Of a stretch of 64,000 bases of DNA, positions 33,040-60,085 are shown piece by piece. Under the pieces are notes generated by a model. It was given only the letters and a program-made list of their open reading frames with translations, was not told the DNA's origin and made no database searches. The stretch lies in the NCBI RefSeq assembly GCF_009914755.1, contig NC_060944.1; one strand, given 5' to 3'. Within the stretch, counting starts at the first letter, position 1; every line of letters begins with the position of its first letter. Position numbers and translations under genes: made by a program. This stretch comes from the human T2T-CHM13v2.0 reference genome, Homo sapiens.

Positions 33040-33435
33040 ATGACTACTCCATTCCTCCTTGCTAGTGACCAGTCTAGGGGTAGGCGTGTGACCTCATCCA
33101 GTCAATGACATTGAAGGGCAAGTGTGCTAGGGGCTCCAATAAAGACTCTCTTTCTTGATAAAGGAGACGTTAGAAGGAACACTTTCTCCTCTCCTTTCTT
33201 CATTGGGATGTGAAGCTTGGAGTTTCAGCAGCTATTTTGAGAGCAGGAAGGAGATATTTCCCACACACCGTGGATGTCAGAGTGAAGGGCCTGAGTCTGG
33301 GTGACCTCACTGAACCATTGCACCAATCCAGATACCTCTCACCACCAGCTTCCTTGGCATGTGAAATTAACAAGCGTCATAATTTAAGCACTTTAGTCAG
33401 GCATTCTGCTATTGCAGTGGAATGCTTCCTGAAAC
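33040..33435 (+). mobile_element. Old MLT1 (J/K-like) LTR fragment
   Basis: ggcgtgtgacctcatccagtcaatgac...gatgtgaagcttggagtttcagcagctattttg...tttaagcact. Confidence 0.55.
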
Positions 33436-33730
33436 AGTTCCCCTCAAAGGAACACCATTCAATGAGTACATGGCTGCCTGTATCCAAACTGAGTTCTGTG
33501 AGCCAAGAAATATGGGAATGGCTTGAGGATAGGACATCAGGTCTCCTGGAAACATTTCTTATTTTTGTTTTCCTAGCATAGTTTGCATCAGAGAAATGCA
33601 CCTTCCATACTCCACATAATCCTGGAGGGCTGTCAATCACAGACCCACATCCCCAGGCCAACAGGGCAGGCACTATTACCCAAAATAAATCAATCAGACT
33701 TCATCTCCTGGGAATTCAAACCTTAAATGA

Positions 33731-34081
<351 letters not shown>

Positions 34082-34627
34082 TTGCACCCTCTTTTCTCTC
34101 TACAAGTCTAACTCCACACTGCAGGCAGAGTTATCATTTAAATGCAAATCTGATCTTGTCACTCTCTTAAAACTCCTCAGTGGCTCCCCAGTGCTTTTGG
34201 GATCAAGGCCACCATTCTTCTGGTGGACTATGGACAAGCTGATGGATATTCTGTGGGATACATCACAGCCAGCTGGAGGCATGGGTTTATAGGTGAGGGA
34301 TGGCAAGGATATGGGGGTGTTCAAAGGAGGAGAAGGGACCCTGGAAGAAATTGTGATGTCATTCAGGACTACAGGATAGGCATGAATGGAAGGGCTATGT
34401 GTTGGGTAATTACTTTGTGCAGGCACCTGCCAAGTACAAGCACACCTGAGAAGCATGACTCTCCCCATTGTGTAGCAGAAGAACCAACACTCGGATGGGT
34501 TAGATAACTTGCCCAAGGTCATAGAGCTTGTCAGAGGTAAAACCCGAAATTGAACCAGATCACTGTCCTCGATTTCAAAGTCCACTCCTTTAGCTACAAG
34601 TCCATCCACCGCTTTTGTGACAGACAT

Positions 34628-35843
<1,216 letters not shown>

Positions 35844-36055
35844 TGTAGCCTCTCTTTATCAAGATGTTCCTGCTCATTCTCTGAGTGAGAGTGGCGTGAA
35901 CACAGCTCTGCCACAGTCAGGCTGGTTTCTAGCCATATACCTCATGACTGTTCCTACTGTAGTGCCTTAGCTTGTGGTATACCCCCAGTCCTCCTGGAAT
36001 GTCCTTCACCATCCTAACCCTACCACCTTAGCTGGACTCAGAGGAACAAATATAT

Positions 36056-36160
36056 AGGACTGACAATTACAGTCGCTCAGGATGGTCACTGCACAACTCC
36101 CAGGGGGCGCCATTCCCAGTTCAGCGATCAACCTGTCCAGCATCACTTTGCAAATTATGC
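36056..36160 (+). mobile_element. MER91B/C-like hAT-Tip100 fragment carrying a CTCF motif (36097-36111)
   Basis: cactgcacaactcccagggggcgccattc. Confidence 0.6.
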
Positions 36161-36300
36161 TACAGGAGGTTGAGAGCCAGGCTTTGGGTCAAAAGGACAC
36201 AGATATGAATCCTGGTTCTGCTGCTTATTAGCTATGTAGCTTTAGAGGAAACATTAATTCTTGTTTCCTTGGTGTTTTCATCTGCAAAATGAGGGTATAC

Positions 36301-36800
<500 letters not shown>

Positions 36801-37007
36801 AAATATCTATCTCAGAGGAGGATGGATAAGACCAGCATGGGATGCCCAGGGTGTCACCCACCCTGTATCCCCTCAGTCTACCCTGAGGGTCACCTGCAGC
36901 TTCTTTGGAAGTTCTTGTACACCATGTAAATGGAGCAAGTCATTTCCAACCCCCCTTTCTCAGTTTCCTTGTCTGTATAAAGGGTACATAATAGCACCAC
37001 CTCATAG

Positions 37008-37586
<579 letters not shown>

Positions 37587-37913
37587 TCTCATACAGTTTC
37601 ATGAGGACAAAATGAACTCGGGATGGCGAAGTGGGTGTGCCCTGTGTCAGCCTGCATGCTGCCAGGTGCAGCTCTCACAGCCTAGGCTGAGGCCATTGGC
37701 AATGGCAATGCAGTCTCTGTCTGTCTGCCTGGCTTTTGTTCATCTCTGGCTGTTGGGAGATTCGAGGTGAGGTAGGAGGTAGCTCCTCATCCCAGGTAGG
37801 CAGGAGGACCTGGGTGGCAGTCCTCGCTCTGCCAGCTTGGGTGAGTCTCACTACCTCTCTGAGGCCCAGCTTCTTATCTGTATTAGTGATCTCTTGGGCT
37901 TATTGTAGGACTA

Positions 37914-39735
<1,822 letters not shown>

Positions 39736-39746
39736 CTCTCTCTCTC

Positions 39747-40333
<587 letters not shown>

Positions 40334-40791
40334 CACTTATCTCTTATAGACCCCAAACCTCCAACCAAGTTTCATCTCTGACCAAAAACCTCTCTGCCAC
40401 CTTGTGTACGGACCAAGATTCCACCATTGTCACGCTTTCCTGGCATCTCAGGCTGGCACATTCCACATCTATTCTAATCTTCCTTCAGACACTGTTTTTC
40501 TCCTATGATACCATTAACTAGGAGTTGTCCACTCTCTACTTGAATGCTCCTAGCCATGAGGATCTCCCTCCCTCCTGAGACAGCCTCCTTCAGCAGAGTC
40601 CAGCTGTCTCCTGTGCAGTTCTTCCTTACATGCAGCTCCTGCCTGACCCTCCCAGGCCCCCATGCTCAGTCCTAGGTCTGTCCCTGGGGCCACCCAGAAG
40701 TGGTCTGCTCCGCCTACATCCCCATCCCCACAAGGATGAAATGTTCCTTATAGGACAAGGTGTATCTACCATTTCTTTTTTTTTTTTTCTT

Positions 40792-41128
<337 letters not shown>

Positions 41129-41169
41129 CCATCATTTCTTTAAGAAAATAAAACACCTCTCTCTTTAAA

Positions 41170-43850
<2,681 letters not shown>

Positions 43851-43994
43851 TTTGGGTGCCCCCACCAGCCTCATCACCCATGGAAAAAGCTTTCATTCTT
43901 TCATGTCCTTCCTAAAGTGTGGGGACCAGAACAGGAACAAATAATTCTTAAACAATTAAATGAAAGCCTAAGCTAGATTCTTTTCAGCCTTCTT

Positions 43995-44140
43995 ATAACA
44001 ACCCTGAGAAGGAGATTGATTATCAGTCCCATTTATGGATGAGAAAGCTGAGGCTCAGAGACGTAAAGCAACTTTCCCGAGGTTAACACAGCTAGTCTGA
44101 TCTGGAATTAGAACATACATTGTTTGACTGCTATATCCCC
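43995..44140 (-). mobile_element. MIR SINE
   Basis: cccatttatggatgagaaagctgaggctcagagacgtaaagcaact. Confidence 0.8.
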
Positions 44141-44322
44141 AGGCCTCAGCATTTATAATTGGTTTCAAGTTGAATTAGCTCTGGGTTCTCTTTACAGAGG
44201 AACCACCTGACTTTGCTACTGGGAGATGAGCATCCAGAGCCCAGACCTTCAGAGAATGGGCTTGGGAACCTGAGCCCAGAGGAAACACATGCCAAACCAG
44301 TTGGTGAATTTGTTTTTATTAA

Positions 44323-44614
44323 TTTTTTTTTTTGAGACAGAGTCTGGCTCTGTCACCTAGGCTGGAGTGCAGTGGTGTGATCTCAGCTTGCTGCAACCTC
44401 ACCTCCCGGGTTCAAGCAATTCTCCTGCCTCAGCCTCCCAAGTAGCTGGGATTACAGGTGCCCACCACCATGCCCGGCTAACTTTTGTATTTTTAGTAGT
44501 GATGGGGTTTCACCATGTTGACCAGGCTGGTGTTGAACTCCCGACCTCTGGTGTTCTGCCCGCCTTGGCCTCCCAAAGTGCTGGGATTACAGGTGTGAGC
44601 CACCATGCCCAGCC
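44323..44614 (-). mobile_element. AluSq-like element
   Basis: TSD aatttgttttt. Confidence 0.92.
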
Positions 44615-44811
44615 AAATTTGTTTTTCTTAAGTTAGCAAAATCCTACATTTTCACTGAAAATATTTTGGGTGTCTCAACAATCTTCACACCTCTGGTTTC
44701 CTTTAGGATGAATTTGGTTAGGCTGGTTTGTTTTGTTTTCTTGTTGCAAGGGACAGGTTCCCACTCAGTGGTTAAAATGAAGGGGCTTACTAAGGTCACA
44801 GAAACCAGGAT

Positions 44812-45187
<376 letters not shown>

Positions 45188-45432
45188 TTAGGACAAATGC
45201 CAGCCCTGCCCTTCAGTGCCCCTGGAAGTCACTGTCCTGCCTCTCTCTGCAGACTACAAGCTAGGCTGCTTCACAGGGTCCCACAGGGTGTCAGCCCCTG
45301 AGTTTGCATACAAACCTACAAAACACAGATTTGGGAGTAGTGTGCTTACCGGATTTGGGGGAACTGCCAATCTCTATGATTTTGCAACTCGAATAATCCT
45401 CACCTTAAAAAAATTTTTTTGAGAGTATCCAA

Positions 45433-45751
<319 letters not shown>

Positions 45752-46699
45752 TAATTGGTTGTTGATCAACCAATGAATTCACTGTGTCTAGTCAGGTGAC
45801 CATCTCTAGCTCCATCAACTGTAATGGTAGCTGTGGGAGGTCGCGTGGTTCCCAGGACGCCCCTCTCCAGAGCTTGAGGTGAGGCAGAGAAACTGACATC
45901 CCCGTCTCACCAGAGGTACCCAATTCTGTATTCCACGGGTGGTTGAATTTCCTTCATCCCATATTTAATGTTCCAAGGCAGAGCTGCTATTGTTTTATTT
46001 TGCCAAAAAAAGGTAATATATAGCAAACAAACAACATGATCCCCATTTAGTATCACCACCATTTCAGAAACCATAGGTAACTTGCACCTCAAAACTAAAG
46101 GTTAGAGATAATCCCAAAGTAAAGGACAGCCTTCCTTGCGACGGATAATTGGCCACCTCAGGACATTCTTGCTGGGGACCATGGGCACAGGCACCAGTCC
46201 ATGAACCAGTACGTGGGATTCAAGCTTTCTTCTCTTGCCTGCTCCCGTGGGTACACTCTTTCCATGAGTGCAACTTTTAGAACATAAACAGGGGGCTATG
46301 GTCTCAAGTTAACTGCCTTCATGTCTGGGGTAAAGAGCCACATGCTGCCACCTTTAACTCTGTTTCATTCCCTGGAACCTCATGTGGCCGAGAGGTCAGC
46401 ATTAAGTTAGGATAAGCTCCCGGGATCCCCAAGCCTGTCTCCAGGAAATACTTTAGACCCTCTCACCTCATTCCCACTTCATCCCTTTGGATCCAACTAC
46501 TGATAAGACTTCGTGCCCCTGATCTCCTGTTTCCTGCAGGAGCTGGGGGCAGGGCCCACCTTTCCCAGCCCTTTGGGTTTGACCCATGGAGGAGCTTTGG
46601 GAGTAAACGTCCGGTGGATGAGCCACAGTTGGTGGAGCGGGCACTGTTGGAGCTCTACCCAGCTGCCCTCGGATCCTCTTAGCATTTCTGTTTGCCCAG

Positions 46700-47085
46700 G
46701 TTCCAGGTGTTTTCATCTGACAGCTTCCATGTGAGATTTTTCTTCAGAGGATTGCCCTTGGGCTCCTGGAGCCACTGGCTGCACAGCACAAGGACCTGGA
46801 AGTGCCTGCAGTTTACTTCCCCGCCGGGTGGCCCTTGGCCATAGATGGGCAGATACACAAGAGCATGAGTCCAGCTCCTTTGCCTCCAGGCACAAACCGA
46901 GCTGTAATTTACATTCCTCGGCTCCCAGTGGGATCAGATTGAGGCTGGGACGCTATCTGCTAGTGCACTCTTGCTTGGCTTTTTCTCTTTCCTATCTTCT
47001 TCCCCCACTCCTGCCAGTTTCTCCTAGGAGCACTTCATAAATCACTTGCCCAGGAATCGTTGTCTTTGGTTTGCTGCTAAGCCAG
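46700..47085 (+). mobile_element. LTR16-like fragment
   Basis: gtttctcctaggagcacttcataaatcacttgcccaggaatc 3' motif. Confidence 0.45.
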
Positions 47086-47269
47086 TCCCCCTGTCCTGGG
47101 GATCAGCAGGCTATGGCAAAAGTAATGCCCAGAGGAAAAGCAGGCTGTGAGTGTGCAGCACTTTTGCTAGCTCATGCTTGGGAGGGCCTGGACCAGCATC
47201 CTTGCATGCCCTAAATCAACAATGCTCCAGACTTGCAGGTGGTCTGATTTTCAATAGGAAAGTATAACC

Positions 47270-49102
<1,833 letters not shown>

Positions 49103-49559
49103 CTGGTTCTTTATTTCAAAAAGACACTCATCAGTCTTCAGTATCAAAACAGTTGCACTATTGATTTCTTTTTCTCCCAGTTGTCGTCAAAGAGGCATCA
49201 AAGGAGAGTACATTGTAAGCCAATAAGCTGCAGTTTGTACGCCTAACAGACCTCCTAGAAACTTTACCAAAAAGTGGGGATTAGGTAGGGAAAGAAACTT
49301 TAAAAGATCAGCAACCTGCCAGCCTACAGACTGTGGAGAGCTCTCACAGCCAGAGGGGGTAGCCAGGGTGCCAGAAACCCAAAGAAGCAAAGTTTCAAAA
49401 TAATATGACATTTAAAAAGTTTTGTACACAAGCTATTCAAGATTTCTCACTGACTGATACAAAGCACAATGACATGGCACTTTTAGAGACAGCAGCTTCA
49501 AACCCAGAAAAGGGTGATGAGATGAGTTTCATGTGGCTAAATCAGTGGCAAAAACATAA

Positions 49560-50039
<480 letters not shown>

Positions 50040-51119
50040 TAAAAATAACTTTGTCCAAAGATATCTTAAAGCTGAAAACCTGAACAGCACATTTTTTGTT
50101 GCTGTTGTTTTTGGGCTAACTCCTGGAATCACCTTTCTGGTTTGGCTGGTACTTTGTGCAAAGCTATGATTTCCCAGAGTGGAGTCTTTCCCCGGGCTCT
50201 GTTTGGTTCTCAGTAAGGCAGGCTCATACCTTTTTCCCTTTTTTCTAGAGAAAGCAATATACAGTAAGCTAAACAGTCACCTTCCAAAAGGGAGAAAGGG
50301 ATTAGATTGCTGCTTCAGAGCTGTGGAACTATTTGGAATGTTTTACAAATGGTTGCTATAAAACAACAAAAAAGGTAATTACTAAATGTATACAACACAA
50401 CATGCTTTTAAAGACATTATGTGTTGCACTCACATTCGCTTAAATGTTGTTCCCAAAGGTGCTCAGCCTCTAGCGCAGCTGGAATCTCTGGGAAGAGGCA
50501 GAGACAGTTTGGCAAAAAAGACACGTGGGGGAGGTAGGGGTGGTGAAAGGAGAAAGCAGCCTTCCAGTTAAAGATCAACCCTCAGTTAAAGGGCAGCTTT
50601 GGGCAGGCTGGCCTAGTTGGAGTTGGGGTCAGAGGGAGGAGCAGTGGCAAGGTGGGACTGGGGTGCTCTGCATCTCATTCAGTTAAGCAGGTCTGGTCTG
50701 GCATCCTTTGTGTACAGAGGTGCTCCTCCTTGGTGCATTTCAGTTTATCTTCCAAGTCATCAATTGTCTCTTCCAGCTTGGCTACCGATCTCTCGGCAAA
50801 CTCAGCCCGGGTCTCTGCCTCCTTGCGTTTATCAGTAAGAATCTCAGTTGCTTCCTCATATCTGTCTTCTTTTTGAGAGTCCTTTTCTTCGGCAGCACTC
50901 AGCCACTTCAGGTTCTGGTCCATCGATCTGATCTGCTCCTCCATCTCTCAGCCACAGGACTCTGCCAGCTCAGGTTGTTCCTCTCTGCGTCCCAAGTTTC
51001 CTTCAACAACCACCAACTTATGAGCCGAGCCCCATCTTCATGCTTCCTACCTATCTTCTGCAATGTGCTTAGCTTCTTTGAGTTGGATTTCCTGGAGTTT
51101 CATCTTTTCTTCATCTTTT

Positions 51120-51438
<319 letters not shown>

Positions 51439-51829
51439 TAACCTTCCTACCTCTCCCACTCTCAATCAGCAGCTTTTACCACTTCTTCCAGCTTTTGCAG
51501 AGCAGTGGCCAGGCACGCCTGAGCACTGTCCAGCTCCTTTTCAACCAGCTGGATCCTATGGTTCAAGGAGGCCACCTTGGCCTCAGCCTGTTCCGGGCCC
51601 ACCTTGCTCCCTCTACTCCCCGCTGGAGGCGCTTAGCTCTCTCCTCTGCATCATCTGCCTGCTGCTGCTGAACCTGGCTCTTGCGCTTTACTGCCTTGAT
51701 GGTGGCGATCCCAGCCACGGTGCCCACCCAGCCCCTGCTTGTGCTCCAGGTCCTGCCTCTCCACTCAGCACTGCAGCCGTTTCTCCTACTGTCAGTTTCC
51801 CCCCCCCCACATTCCAATAGGTAGCCTCA

Positions 51830-53295
<1,466 letters not shown>

Positions 53296-53389
53296 AAACT
53301 TAAGCTACTATCAGCTCCAAGTAAGTTATGACAAAGAACCCAGGACTAGCTACAAATCCTCCTGACATTCGCCCTTCGCAAGCTGATAT

Positions 53390-53990
53390 TTGAGAGCCCA
53401 GCTGACTCAGAAGGAGGCAGAGCTGCAGGTGCTGGGTTATTCAGCATCCTGTTATTCTTTGAAGTGGCTCCCCCTCCCTCTCTTGGCCTGCATTGTCACA
53501 GCTTGAAATATTCTTTTGATTATGAGAACATTTCCCATTAAGTGTGCATCTCCAGCTTCCCCCCACCCCCCAGTATTTATGAGCTCATAACTCCAGAATC
53601 TGTCACAATCAGTGCTGCAAAAGTGTATCTGAATGTAATGAAATAATTTGATGAGAAACGTGGCGGGGAGACAGTTGGAATTTTCTCCTGCCTTACAAAC
53701 CATCCCCAGGGGACAGGTGTATATAAATCAACACCTCCCTTAATTAAGTAAAACATTTTAGGGAAAAAAACAAATTAATTACCACTTCATGGCACCACCC
53801 CAGCCGATTACCCAAATGGTTCACATTCCATAAACCTCACTTGAATTCAGAACTAATTATCACTCTTTTGGTTGGTTTATGCTTCCCAATCTACAAAGAT
53901 CTGTATTAAAAGTGGGTAGTGTGGTATGGCTTTTTCACTTTACTTTCAGGATGATGTAAGCTGTCAAAAGAATCAAGAATTAAGTCTTAA
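53390..53990. promoter_or_regulatory. Candidate developmental enhancer (homeodomain/MEIS/AP-1 cluster)
   Basis: Repeat-free; TGACTCA, ATAAATCA, CTGTCA x2, TAATTA x3, TTTATGA. Confidence 0.45.
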
Positions 53991-54749
53991 AAAAAAAAAG
54001 AGCTGAAAATGCAGGGAACGTAGAATGTGGAACATTCAGGGTAGGAAATAAACATCACCTTGGGGTGTTGCTGGGATGGTGGGGAGAAGCCTATAGAGTG
54101 CAGGATGTGTGGGGTCTTGTCCTGGCTGAGTCCCTGACTTGCTGTGAAATGTTGGGCATGAACTGGACGTCTCTGGTCTCTTATCTGGGGACCATTGTCC
54201 ATTACCTGCCTGGCCCCCAGGGGGAGCCCTTGCCTCCTGCCATGTGGTCCCAACAGGGAGTGAGAATCCTGACATCTCTGAGCCTCCATTGTCCAGCCTG
54301 GCCTGATGTCTTTCCTAATTATCCTTCCTGCTGGCTCTGGCCTCCCCCTTGCCCTGTAGGCCCGATCAGTTCTCATCTTTGATCCTGCAGGGCCCCGTGG
54401 CCAGGGTAGCTGCTAATAGCTTCTCCTATTCCCAGTCCGTTCAGCTGCCTTCTGAGTGGTTCACTCCCCCAGTGGAGCAGGCTGCGCAGGCCTGGCCTTG
54501 GCTCTTTTGGACTATGTGTGGGAGTGGGAGTCTCAATGGCATCAAGCACAGTTGGCCTTGGTAGCCCCCTCCAGCTGTAAGCCTTGTAAGTCCAGAGTCC
54601 AGTGCTGGCTAAGCCAAGGCCTAACCTTCCCTTGTTTCTGCCACTTGCCCCACTTGAGTGGGTGTGTACATTGTAAGCGCTCAGTCAGTTCTCAGTCACT
54701 ATCTGAATGTTAACGAAAGACATGGATAACCAGAAAGAAACAATCCAAC

Positions 54750-55085
54750 TCTTTAAAACATTTTTAAGGCATGAATTGCACATAGTACAGTGCATAAGTT
54801 ATACATGTACAACTCAGTGAATCTTTACTTTGTGTACACCTGTGTAATTCCAACCCAGGTCAAGACACAGGTCATTCCACCTCCCTAAAAAGTTTCCCTT
54901 CCAGTCAACGCTCCTCAAAAATAACCATTATCCTGACTTCTATCACCATAGATTGGTTTTGTCTGTTCTTGCATTTCATATAAATGGAATCATCTGGTAT
55001 CTAGCTTTCTGTGTCTGGCTTGTTTTGCCCATTCACTGAGTCTATGAGATTCATTCTTATTGCGGATAGCAGTAATTATTGAACT
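54750..55085 (-). mobile_element. L1MB/ME 3' fragment
   Basis: aaccattatcctgacttctatcaccatagattggttttgtctgttcttg. Confidence 0.8.
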
Positions 55086-55381
55086 CTTTTTTAGACTGAA
55101 GTTTTAAAAAGTGATTACTTGAGCGATTACTGATTGTTGGTATCTAGCTTGACAGTATGTTGTCCTTTTAAAAAATAACCACATACCAAGATATTTGTGG
55201 GCCTAATACTGTCATTACCATATGTACAAAAAGAATAATTTAGCTCCTGTGAGCACTCGAGTACATTCAAATTCCAAATGGAGCAGGGATGAATTTGATT
55301 AGGAAGGTGTCTGACTACAGCCCTTCCCTCTTGAGAACCTTCCAGGGCGTTTTCTTATTGCATTAACTCCCATTTGCTGAG

Positions 55382-55966
55382 TGCTGTGGTTTGAATATTT
55401 GTCCCCTGCAAAACTCATGTTGAAATTTAATCACCAATGTGGCAATATTGAGAGGTAGGGCCTTTAAGAGGTGATTGGGTCATGAGGGCTCTGCCCTTAT
55501 GAATGGATTAATCTATTCATGGATTCATAGGTTAGTGGATTACTGGATTATCATGGGAGTAAAACTGGTGGCTTTATAAGAAGAGGAAGAGAGGGATGAG
55601 CGTGGTGGCTTGCATCTGTAATCCCAGCACTTTGAGAGGCCGAGGATAGAGGATTGCTTGAGCCCAGGAGTTTGAGACCAGCCTGGGCAGCATAGTGAGA
55701 CTTCATCTCTAATTTTTTTAAAAAAGAAGAAGAAGAAGAGGAAGAAAGACTTAAGCTAGCACGCTCAGCCCCCTCACCATGTGTGATGCCCTACACTGCC
55801 TTGGGACACTGAAGAGAGTCTCCACCAGCCAGAAGCTTCTCAGTAGATGCAAGCCCTTAACCTTGGGCTACTCAGCTTCCACACTTGTAAGAAGTCAATC
55901 CCTTTTCTTTGCAAATTACTCTGTTTCAAGTACTCTGTGATAAGCAAGAGAAAACGAACTAAGACA
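55382..55966 (+). mobile_element. MSTB-type MaLR LTR with a FLAM (55592-55725)
   Basis: tgctgtggtttgaatatttgtcccc start, gaactaagaca end. Confidence 0.85.
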
Positions 55967-56299
55967 TTGGGTTGCTAGAGAGGTTTAGTATCTTTTCTTA
56001 GGGTCATTTATTACCTGTGTAACAGGTAGGTTCTGCTGGGACCCTTTCTGAGGACTCCAGGGAGGGCATGAGGAAGTTGGAGCCTGCTCCCTCCAGGTCA
56101 TGTGTGAGAGGGTGGGAATAATCTGGGTACACCCTGCAGGTTGTCTCCAAAAGGGTCAGTCACCCCCAAACCCAGGGAACATCAGTGCTGGGGCAGGTGG
56201 GGGAAGAATCAGGGTCCACTGTCTCTTGGGCTAGACCCAGGCAATGTCTGTCCCCATGGAACCCTCAGCCCTAATCCCTGCCTTCAGCCCTGAGAGCTT

Positions 56300-56600
56300 G
56301 TTAGCAAGAGGCTCTGATCCAGCAGGTCTGGGGTGGATCCAGGAATCTGATATTTTAAAGCTCCCCAAGTGATTCCAGGGAGTGGTCTGGAGCCAGACTG
56401 CTTGCATTTGAATTCCAGCTCTGCCTGTTATCACTGTGACCTCAGCCAAGTAACTTTGCTTCTCTTGCCTTCATTTCCTCATTCGTACAATGGGGATTAT
56501 AATCGTGCTGGAAGAATAAAATGAATCAATGCATTTATGCTTGAAAAGCACTTAGAAGAGTTCCTGGCACAGAGTAAGCACTCAAAAAGAGTTGGCCACC
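56300..56600 (+). mobile_element. MER5A fragment plus MIR
   Basis: caggtctggggtggatccaggaatctg; ctggagccagactgc...tttcctcattcgtacaatgggga. Confidence 0.65.
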
Positions 56601-56885
56601 ACCGCCATCATCATCATCATCACCATCCACGGCAGCACCAATGCTTTACCAACGCTTTCACTTTACACACTGAAACTGAGAACCACAGAGGGGTGTGGAC
56701 ATATGCAGAGTCACACAGCAAGACACAGGTGGTACAGGGACCAGAAGCCCAGCTCCCTTTCCCCTTGGGATTGTGTTCTCTCACCCACGTGGCTGGCTAG
56801 CCATCCTGCCCAATGTCCCAGTCACATGCTGGGGGACAGGGTGGGGAAGATAGTCTACAGAGTGGGGACTTTCTGAAGGATTATA

Positions 56886-56971
56886 TTAGGTTGGTGCAAA
56901 AGTAATCACAGTTTTTGTTTTTGCCATTACTTTTAATGGCAAAAACTGTGATTACTTTTGCACCAACCTAA
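56886..56971. mobile_element. MADE1 (Hsmar1-derived MITE) palindrome
   Basis: TTAGGTTGGTGCAAAAGTAA TIRs; TA TSDs at 56884-56885 and 56972-56973. Confidence 0.97.
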
Positions 56972-57361
56972 TAGAACTGGAAGTGTTGGCATTTGCCTTT
57001 CGCCCACCATAGCAATTCTCTATCCTCCTCCTCACCCTTGAAGGGACCAGCCAGGCCCTCTTTCCCACTTTTGGAGTAAGAGGACGGGAATGACTTGAGT
57101 CACCTCTAGATTTCTAAAGTTAGGACAAATATCATATCGCCAATGATCATATACCACCAATTCTACCTCCACAATGTCTTTTGTATCCAAGACCTCTGCC
57201 ATACCTGAGGCCTGGCCGCCATCATCGCATGCACCTGGGCGGCTGCACCAGCCCCTCCCTGGCCTCCCTGCTGCCAATCTGGCTGCTTCAATTCACTCTA
57301 CATACCACCCTCCTCACCACCCCTTGGAGGGATTGTTTAAACCCCCACCCCCCCTGCTATG

Positions 57362-58906
<1,545 letters not shown>

Positions 58907-59110
58907 TAGGGCGAACCCAGATCCCTTGCCTAGCTTTGGAGACCTTCTGCACTGTTGCCACCCTCCCACCAGGCACTTCAAGCTACCATGTCCTCAGCCC
59001 ACAGAGCTCTTCAGCTTTTCCCCGACACGGCTCACATTTGCTCACCAGTGAGTTTCTCCCTGACAGCTTTCCATCTGGAATGTTCTTCCCTCAGCTTGTC
59101 AACCTTTTGA

Positions 59111-59815
<705 letters not shown>

Positions 59816-59859
59816 CCTATAACTGTTCACATCACCACCACCACCACCACCACTGCCTC

Positions 59860-60085
59860 AGCTACCATTGAATGGGGGCTTTCTACACACTGAGTACCAG
59901 GCCAAACAAGCTGTATGCATCAGTGGCTCAGTTAATCTTCATGAAAACCCACACCGTCCTCATTTTACAGACGAGAAAACTGAGACTCAGATAGGGAATG
60001 TATCATGCCCAAGATCACACAGCTAGTAAGTTGTGGCACTGAGACTTAAATCTTCCTAATTCCAGAGAAAAGCATCTGACAACTC
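59860..60085 (-). mobile_element. MIR SINE
   Basis: cattttacagacgagaaaactgagactcaga. Confidence 0.8.

Noticed and set aside
56537-56876. Poly-His ORF
   Set aside because: A (CAT/CAC)n simple repeat at a MIR tail
57032-57277. ORF with a globular-looking segment MAEVLDTKDIVEVELVVYDHW
   Set aside because: The underlying DNA resembles reverse L2 sequence; no family recognised and no splice context
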